Shown here: one piece after another, positions 54,167-64,000 of the stretch
Layout of the letters: each line of letters opens with the position of its first letter
Position numbering within the stretch: the first letter of the stretch is position 1
Made by a program: the position numbers and the translations under genes
NCBI GenBank assembly: GCA_964016885.1
Contig: OZ024742.1
Span: forward strand, 79,608,001-79,672,000
Direction of reading: 5' to 3'
DNA from: Eledone cirrhosa
Taxonomy: Eukaryota
Length of the DNA stretch: 64,000 nucleotides
Notes under the pieces: generated by a model
Databases searched by the model: none
What the model saw: only the letters and a program-made list of their open reading frames with translations
Told to the model about the DNA's origin: nothing

Positions 54167-54266
54167 GAATCTTTTAATATATGGAATATTTTTATATAGT
54201 ATTGATGTATGTAGCGTGATGTGTCGATAGACCTTTAGACAGATCTAATTAAGGTTCTATATTTAA

Positions 54267-54298
<32 letters not shown>

Positions 54299-54316
54299 CG
54301 ACACCCACACACACAC

Positions 54317-54366
<50 letters not shown>

Positions 54367-54626
54367 ATACGTGTATATATATATATACATATATGCGGAT
54401 AAAATAGCTATCATTTATTTATCTATTGTTTCTTCATAGATACATTTTAAACCTTATAGCCTCATTTAATTGATTTTTTTATGTGGTTGATTATGCTGAT
54501 TGGGAGAGGAAATACTGTATATATTTTATCAAATGATTCTATGGACTTACTTCCTTATATATTGCTCTGATTGTTGATTATTTAATTAATTAATTCGTCA
54601 TTGAGCCACAGCGTGAATGGTTGCCA

Positions 54627-54696
<70 letters not shown>

Positions 54697-56073
54697 CGAT
54701 ATTAAACAAATGGAAACTATATTTATAAAACCATATTTATTTCGTTATATATATTTCTGGGATATCATATTAAAAATATGGTATGCCTTCCTCAGACAAA
54801 ATAAAATATGTAAGCTATTTTATAAATAATTTTGACATACCTTAGAATAATGCAACTTCCATTTAACAAGTTGATTTGGTAGTGAAACTGTTGAGGACAG
54901 TTATAGAGAAAGAAAGACGAAGAAAAACGAAGATAAAAAGAAGAAGATGAAGAGATGTATGTAAAGAAAAACAACAGAGCGAGATAGAGAGAGAAGGAGA
55001 TATGGGAGGGAGAAATATATTGAGGAAGTGAAAAAATAGTAGGCAGCTTGGGGACAGATGATCATCGTACAAGTGAGAGGTTAAGGAGGGAAGGGATACA
55101 GTTAAAATAGCCGACAGATAAATCACGTCCAGTGTAGAGGAGAAAAAGAAAGAAAGATGATATATTTAAAATATATTATGTCTCGTCCATTTGAATTATC
55201 AATTTTTATGAATTAGGTATTATAATGTAAACATCAATATTCATGAATGAGACACATATCCATAATCTGTGAACAAAATGACCCCATGCTTAGTTTAAAA
55301 ATTCTTAGGTCTATAAGCAAAATCTGAGACAAAACTTCAAACATAAGTATATATGCATTCTCATGAAAAAAGAAAAAAGGAGAAAAGAGAAGGTTATCTC
55401 AAATTCAAGTTGATAATTATAAACACCCATGTGAACTTACGTGATATGCTCCGCAGATTCTTATTTTTCATGAAAATCTTCATTGTGTTACAAAAGATTC
55501 CACCATACATATATATATATAGACATAAAATATACATTAACATTTATAGTAATATTCCTGCCCTCACTTACATGATTATCGATCAAGCATAGAATAGACA
55601 ACAGATATCAATATTAAAAATTAGACAACAGATATCAATATTACAAATTACAAAACGCCAAGAATATCTTCGTCACTCCACAGAGTATCTAGGGACGTAA
55701 GAGAACATAGTATGCCACACATATCAGTCACATAAAACCACCCTTCCAATTTATTTGACAATATGTTGTCAAGTTCATTAGAAGCAATCAGAATCAAAAG
55801 CAAACAAAAACCAAAATTGTTCAACAAACCTTATTTAGCAGAAATCATTCAAAACTTATTCTACAAATGCTCTTATATTTATTATAGAAGTTTATCTAGC
55901 TTAAAAATTTATTCAAAAGATTGGGAACATCGCCAATTTTAAAGTAGTTTAATTAATCTCATTAATTATATATTCATGTAGAAAGGTTTTTTTAAAAATT
56001 GAAGGAATCGAAAGATTTATCGCCAAGTTTCATAAATAGTTAAATATCTTAAGTAAATATACTACATTTTATA

Positions 56074-57222
56074 CTACATTTTAAATTTATATTTAAAAGT
56101 TGAGTTCAATCTATGTCTGCAGCAGCTGAATAAATTGATTCGCAAATTAAGGGAATTTTTAGATTTTAGTATAAAGAATATCTCCTCCGCGCAGAGGTCA
56201 CATGTCTCAGAAGAGGAATTAAAAGGAATGCCTTTTGAGACTATATTCCAAACCATCGAATATCCAACTTTATCATGTTTAAGTTGCCAGAGTAAGCCTG
56301 ATAGTGATGTTGAAGATTTTTTATTTGGATTCGTGAAAGAATTTTTGTGATTATTATAGCGAAGTTTAAATTCTGTCGAGGTGGAACCAACATAATTAAA
56401 AGAATTTAAGTCAGTTTTAACATTACAGTTGTATATTATATTTTTAACTAAGCAATTGTTATTTAGCGGACATTTAGATCTATCTCTACAGTTACAGTTG
56501 TTTACTTGAATATTGTTTAGGCTATTTTCGGTATTTTGGCTAGGTTTTAGATTCCTATTATTTATTCTATTAATATTTTGTGCTAAATTTTTGGTGGACG
56601 AGTATGTTAATTTTATAGTATGTCTATTGAAAATTGAGTGATACTTATGTGTTCTAGAGAAGCGTTTGTCAAGAGCATTAAAAAATAGTTTAGCGATGTG
56701 GGTTTTAATGTTTAGTGAGAAAGGGGAGGCAAACCATATTATATTTCTAGTTCTATTTCTTTTCTGGTTTTTGGAATTATTGTAGTGCTTTCTATTATAG
56801 TTGTTAAAGTTGTTACTGTAATTAAAATTGTTGTTATTTTGGTTAGTTTGTCTATTATCGATGTACATAATTTTATCACTATATCCTGCTCTAGCTAACG
56901 CTTCATTATAATAGTGGGCTTTTTCATCAAAAATATTTTTATTGGAAGAGATTCTAGAGATACGTTTTTGAACAGAGTTCACTATAGTATTTTTGACAGA
57001 TCTGGGGTGATTGGAGCTAAAATTGACATAATTCAAGTTTTCATTTAACTTGTGAAATGGATAGTGAAGACATGTGTTGAGATTTAATGTTACGTCTAGG
57101 AAATTGACTATTCTATGGTTATTCTCAATTTCTATTTTTAGATTAAGGTAATTAAAAAATTGTATAATTTGTTTTCTTTTTCTATTTAGTTCAGAGTTAT
57201 TATTTTCAATAAGTAAAAGCAT
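56074..57222 (-). CDS. PLE RT thumb, linker and GIY-YIG endonuclease (5'-truncated, open 382 aa)
   Basis: VNFLDVTL, SNHP, IIWFASPFS, CNCRDRSKCPLNNNC, IIYNC...YVGST..FKLRY..H, CDLCAEE...LN....CCRH. Confidence 0.9.
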   Translation of the reverse strand: MLLLIENNNSELNRKRKQIIQFFNYLNLKIEIENNHRIVNFLDVTLNLNTCLHYPFHKLNENLNYVNFSSNHPRSVKNTIVNSVQKRISRISSNKNIFDEKAHYYNEALARAGYSDKIMYIDNRQTNQNNNNFNYSNNFNNYNRKHYNNSKNQKRNRTRNIIWFASPFSLNIKTHIAKLFFNALDKRFSRTHKYHSIFNRHTIKLTYSSTKNLAQNINRINNRNLKPSQNTENSLNNIQVNNCNCRDRSKCPLNNNCLVKNIIYNCNVKTDLNSFNYVGSTSTEFKLRYNNHKNSFTNPNKKSSTSLSGLLWQLKHDKVGYSMVWNIVSKGIPFNSSSETCDLCAEEIFFILKSKNSLNLRINLFSCCRHRLNSTFKYKFKM

Positions 57223-57495
57223 GTCATCTCTATATAAACCTCCGGTAACAAGCTGCCTACTATTTTTTCACTTCCTCAATATATTTCTCTCTCCCATATC
57301 TCCTTCTCTCTCTATCTCGCTCTGTTGTTTTTCTTTACATACATCTCTTCATCTTCTTCTTTTTATCTTCGTTTTTCTTCGTCTTTCTTTCTCTATAACT
57401 GTCCTCAACAGTTTCACTACCAAATCAACTTTTTAAATGGAAGTTGCATTATTCTAAGGTATGTCAAAATTATTTATAAAACAGCTTATATATTG

Positions 57496-57561
57496 TATTT
57501 TGTCTGAGGAAGGCATACCATATTTTTAATATGATATCCCAGAAATATATATAACGAAATA
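57496..57561 (+). ncRNA. Type I hammerhead ribozyme with canonical core in the PLE-3 terminus
   Basis: tattttgt CTGAGGA [hairpin] GAAA tatata TA acgaaata (8-bp helix I). Copies at 54738-54803(-), 58484-58549(-) and 58652-58717(+). Confidence 0.88.
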
Positions 57562-58349
57562 AATATGGTTTTATAAATATAGTTTCCATTTGTTTAATAT
57601 CGTAAACCTACTCCAAAAACTGTTGAGTGCTTTTATATCAGTTATAAAATATTTACTCGTTGTAACCCAACAATTTTAAATAAAACTTTTGCATATATAT
57701 ATATATATATATATATATGGCTCTGTCTAGTGTATGTATATGTAAACCTCTTTATTTTATATACTCCCGTAAGGTTGAGTAAATCTTTAGGCAGTATTCG
57801 GCTGCGCTTTCTACCAACCAGCCTACTCGCCGTCAGGCACCAACCACAAGCTTTCTGAGTTGATCACTGGCCATATGACAATTCTTAGCCATTTTGAATT
57901 CGTTTCTGGCGGGGTTCATTTAAGACACACCTTTGTCCAATTGAGTTGTGTTTCCTGATGATTTCGAAACTCGTTGATTTATCCATGATCGGATATTTCC
58001 ATAAAGCGAATGAATCCTCCGGGGGTAGAAACATGATTTTGGTATGTTTATGTACATGATGTCTTCTAACTTTGATTTTGTACCTAACTATGTATGGTTA
58101 GCTATATGTCTAGTCAATTTCTACGGGCTATTAGAAATACTAGGTAAAACTTCTCTGGCTGTGGATCGCGGATAAAATAGCTATCATTTATTTATCTATT
58201 GTTTCTTCATAGGTACATTTTAAACTTATAGCCTCGTTTAATTGATTTTTTATGTGGTTGATTATGCTGATTGGAAGAGGAAATACCGTATATATTTTAT
58301 CAAATGATTCTATTGACTTACTTTCTTATATATATATATATATATATAT

Positions 58350-58754
58350 ACATGGAAAGTTATATTTAAAATTGTTGGGTTACAACTAGTAAATATTTAT
58401 AACTGATATAAAAGCACTCGACAAATATTTGGAGTATATTTACAATATTAAATAAATGGAAACTCTATTTATAAAACCATATTTATTTCATTATATATAT
58501 TTCGGGGATATCATATTAACAATATGCTATGCCTTCCTCAGACAAAATACAATATAAACAGTTTTATAGATAAATAGATTCGACATACCGTTATAACACC
58601 GACTTCCATTTGAAGAGGTTTACGCTGGCATCTATAAAACTGTTTATATTGTATTTTGTCTGAGGAAGGCATAGCATATTGTTAATATGATATCCCCGAA
58701 ATATATATAATGAAATAAATATGGTTTTATAAATATAGTTTCCATTTATTTAAT

Positions 58755-58760
<6 letters not shown>
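58350..58760. mobile_element. Solo fold-back of the PLE-3 family terminus with two opposed HHRs
   Basis: 58441-58570 vs 58630-58760 inverted; 58355-58440 matches rc of 57605-57690. Confidence 0.85.
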
Positions 58761-58807
<47 letters not shown>

Positions 58808-59331
58808 ATGAATCAGCATATTCTACCTAGTAAAATAAAACTCCAGATATTTATAAATACAAATAGACAGACAAATGCACAGACGCACATATATACACAC
58901 ACAGACACACACATACATAACTATACATTGATTTCAATCTTACAATTGACACGGTTAATGATAAATGGATATTCATTTCTCCATACGACTCGATAACGTG
59001 CGATAGTGTTAATTCATACGTTAAGAGTTAAACATCTAAATATAGTAGAAGCCGCATAATCTACATGTTGAGAAATGAAAGTATGAATGAGACTCTTATT
59101 TTTGATAACTCAATGTTTCATTTGTTAAATACGCAATCATCATCTTTGATTGCAGCGAAATTCCATAGATACATATCTAATTTACAGGAATATGTTGGTA
59201 TATGTGTTTCATAAAACCACTGAAATATAAAAAGAACAAGTAGAATGACCATAAAAATTAGAATTGATGTAATCTCACAAATTTGTTTAGTGTGTAGTGT
59301 GTGGTTTCTCTCTCTCCCTCTACCTCTCACA

Positions 59332-59393
<62 letters not shown>

Positions 59394-60564
59394 ATCTCTC
59401 TCTCTCTCTCACACCATCTCTCTCCCTCTCTCTCTACTCTCTCTCCCTCTATCTCTCCCTCCCCTCTCTCTCTGCAGCAATAGTGTGAAAAAGAAAAAAC
59501 CGTTCTGTATATAAACTGAGTTAAATTATGATTCTCGCAACGTTAGGTTTCATGGTCTGACAATATTGCATATCACTACCGATGCTTGTCACCCATCTCT
59601 TCAGGTGCTTGTTTATAAAATGTCGGAACGAGATTAAGCGAAATGTCTCGCGGAAATTTGTGAGATAAATGATTTATAAAATGTGAAGGGGGAAGTAACT
59701 CTGTATCAAATGTTTAACTCATTCATCGACCTTAGAAAAACGGGTTGATATTTGACTTATATTGCGTGTGTGTAGAAGGAGTAACTAGATCTGAGGAGGA
59801 TGGTAGGTATTTTGACCTTTGAGAATGCGTGTATACAATTACTCTTGTATAAAGCAGTGTACATTTAAGATGTCACATTAAGATAGAGGAGAAAGGGAGA
59901 ATACAATAATAGTTCTTGCGAGAGACTATTGGCATGTAGGAAAATTAGTTAAGGGAGTTTACTGTAGCTAGTTGTCTGGACTGTATGTCAAGAGGTTAAT
60001 GCTTTTACGTATAAAGAAATGAACTTTCTTTCGAGGTGGAAACAGATTTGAATGTGGAATTTTAGGAGTTGAAGTATTCATTTGCGTATTATAAAACTTG
60101 AACAATTCTTTATTTCCCTGATCCAAAGCTTACATTTCTTTGTTTCCTTATTGTACGGATGCGTCTCTTCCAATGTTCTCCATTTTATTAGATGAGTAAC
60201 ACCGTTTTCTTTAAATTCCCCACATGTATATACACAAACAAACTCATACACATATAAATATACATATTTGTATACTCTTTTACTGTTTTACCTGTTCCAG
60301 CCATTCGGCTAAGGCCATGCTGGGGCACCGCTCAATCATTATATGAATAATATGAGTATATATATATATATATAGTTGTTATATAGTAAGGTGTATTATT
60401 GGTTGTGTCATACGGTCCACTAAACTTTTGTTAGCAATATTAAGTTCTCCACGCTTTTGTATATCTTCAATTCCATTTAGGAGAACAGCTAGATGATGTA
60501 AAACGGAGTATTTGTATCAAAATAAAAATCCGAAGGCATGGTATAAATGTCCAATCATTTTAAT

Positions 60565-60644
60565 AACGACACGTGTTTCAATAAGAGATAGATCGATCGT
60601 CCGGCCATGATCGATTATCACTGATCTCCTGATCTCGTCAGGTG
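60565..60644 (-). ncRNA. Type I hammerhead ribozyme with canonical core, long helix II and weak helix I
   Basis: cac CTGACGA gatcaggagat...atcgatc-loop-gatcgat...atctcttatt GAAA cacgtg TC gtt; palindromic helix III ACACGUGU. Confidence 0.72.
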
Positions 60645-61419
60645 AAAATGAATTGTCTTCAAATACTTCACATGAGGGAGAAAATTTAACGATGTTCAGT
60701 CACTAGAGTTTTGTCCCTCATATGAAGATTAAGCAGCCAAAACACGCCGGCTGCTATCGTCCTCAGTTAGGGTCATAAAACTATCAAGTCTCTATCTCTC
60801 AATAGCTGTCAAAGACGCTGGACGGGTCTAATCTCAACATCAAATCTTTAGAATTACAGTCGGTCACTGTTAGTGTGAGTGAGTACACACACACTCACAC
60901 ATACCGATGCGAGGTCGAAGAAAAGAAAATATATACAAACCAACATAATATTCACCGAAAGTTAGTTTACAAAACAACAAATGCTATATTGGTCAAATCT
61001 CCATTTGACGATGTAAATTGGAGAAATTGGGTCAACCGCAGCCCTATACACACGCAAGTAAATTCAGTTGATTGTTCTGCTATACGTGTATCGACTGAAT
61101 TGTAAATAATGTATGTTTTGGTATATACACATCCGTATCGTCTAAAAAAGTGTATGTTTTGGTATATACACATCCATGTGAAGAGCAAGTAGTCTGCTCA
61201 TATCGAACTCTGTATGTGCCGTGGTCCCATTGAGAATCTGAGTCCCCAGATCTGTGCGTGCAAGCAACCGCCATGTAGGCCACCAAGGGGCTCTGTGTAG
61301 GGTTGGGTATTTAAGTTAAGGTGTCAGTATGTGCGTTTTCCCGTCATATTGCCCTTGGGCATTTGAGTGGTGGAGGTGGAAATTTATACCATAACTTTAT
61401 TTTGATACAAATACTCCGT

Positions 61420-61476
<57 letters not shown>

Positions 61477-61769
61477 GTGTGTGTATATATATATAAATGT
61501 AAGTATGCAAGCGTACACACACACATATATATATACATAAAAAAAAGTCTAAAGTCTATCTTAAGCCAGAAGTCTGATTTGGCCGGTGCTTATCCCGGTT
61601 TCATGGCGTCGCAGTCCATCGCAGGGTTAAACCTCCAGCTATTGCTGGTACTCATTTTCAGGTGAGTATACTGGAGCAACGTGAAATGAACCCAGGAATC
61701 AAGCCCACCACATTACGATCGTAAGTCCAACACTCTTACCAATAGGCCACGTGCCTCCACATACATTAT

Positions 61770-63321
<1,552 letters not shown>

Positions 63322-63397
63322 TTTATGAAACGTACGTAGGTGATATTTTCAATAAACATGTTTTAACCGTCTATTCTCCGATTTTTCACTTTTCCAC

Positions 63398-63484
<87 letters not shown>

Positions 63485-64000
63485 TAAAGAGAGAGAGAAA
63501 TTGTTTTTGGCCACCGCCGAAATACGATCTCGCTGTATTAATCTCTCGGCCCTAGCAATTAATTAGTTAATTCTATTAGACAATTCTATTGACTGATTAA
63601 TTGCTTAAGTTTATTTAAATCAACCTGGTCTTGAGCTTACTTCGATTTGTGCAGTTTCTTGCAATTCTTGCAATAATTTTACACATTTTGAATGCATCCG
63701 CCAAAAATCGGGGTTACCTCAATCGCAGGGTAAACACGTGGGTAGTCACTTCACCATTACTACTGCATTGGAACCCGCTGGCCGGCTGAGAACAAAGTAT
63801 CTGTTGGCAAAATGGCAGCCTTGTTCGATCGTTATACCAAAAGCTTACAATGAAACCTCCCACTGGATTCAACCATCAATTTCCAGGATGTCCAGGATAT
63901 TCTTTTGTTAACCTGTTTAGCTTGCTTCGTTTTTTTGGCTCTGGGAGCTGATAGCTTCATGACCACCGTTTTCATTTTGTCTGGCCTCTAAAACGTATGC

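Larger units (their letters stand above)
54695..57690 (-). mobile_element. PLE-3: 5'-truncated Penelope-like element with ~355-bp inverted repeats
   Basis: 54695-55050 is the reverse complement of 57250-57603; uninterrupted coding remnant at 56074-57222. Confidence 0.93.

Noticed and set aside
63620-64000. Possible RT remnant on the minus strand (LDIL...; ARIARNC)
   Set aside because: Motifs are too degraded to assign and the region is cut by the window end.

Overview
AT-rich, microsatellite-dense animal DNA. The SINE and MITE types suggest an octopus or other cephalopod; this is inferred, not checked. No host protein-coding gene is supported, and most listed ORFs are (TA)n/(CA)n artefacts. 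The window holds a full-length Tx1/L1-clade LINE with a 23-bp TSD (29211-35031) plus the 3' end of a second copy. There are three 5'-truncated Penelope-like elements (PLEs; RT and/or C-terminal GIY-YIG), each capped by an inverted copy of its own 3' end, and several older PLE remnants. Also present are RTE LINE fragments, Tc1/mariner and MITE relics, and many tRNA-derived SINEs. The main discovery is a dense set of type I hammerhead ribozyme (HHR) folds found by reading both strands. Some have canonical cores, some carry core variants (including a compensatory U3-A8 core), and most have a palindromic helix III. They lie in the PLE termini and in short non-coding 320-590 bp units arranged as a partial tandem plus an inverted, sometimes circularly permuted copy, which resembles retrozymes derived from circular RNA.
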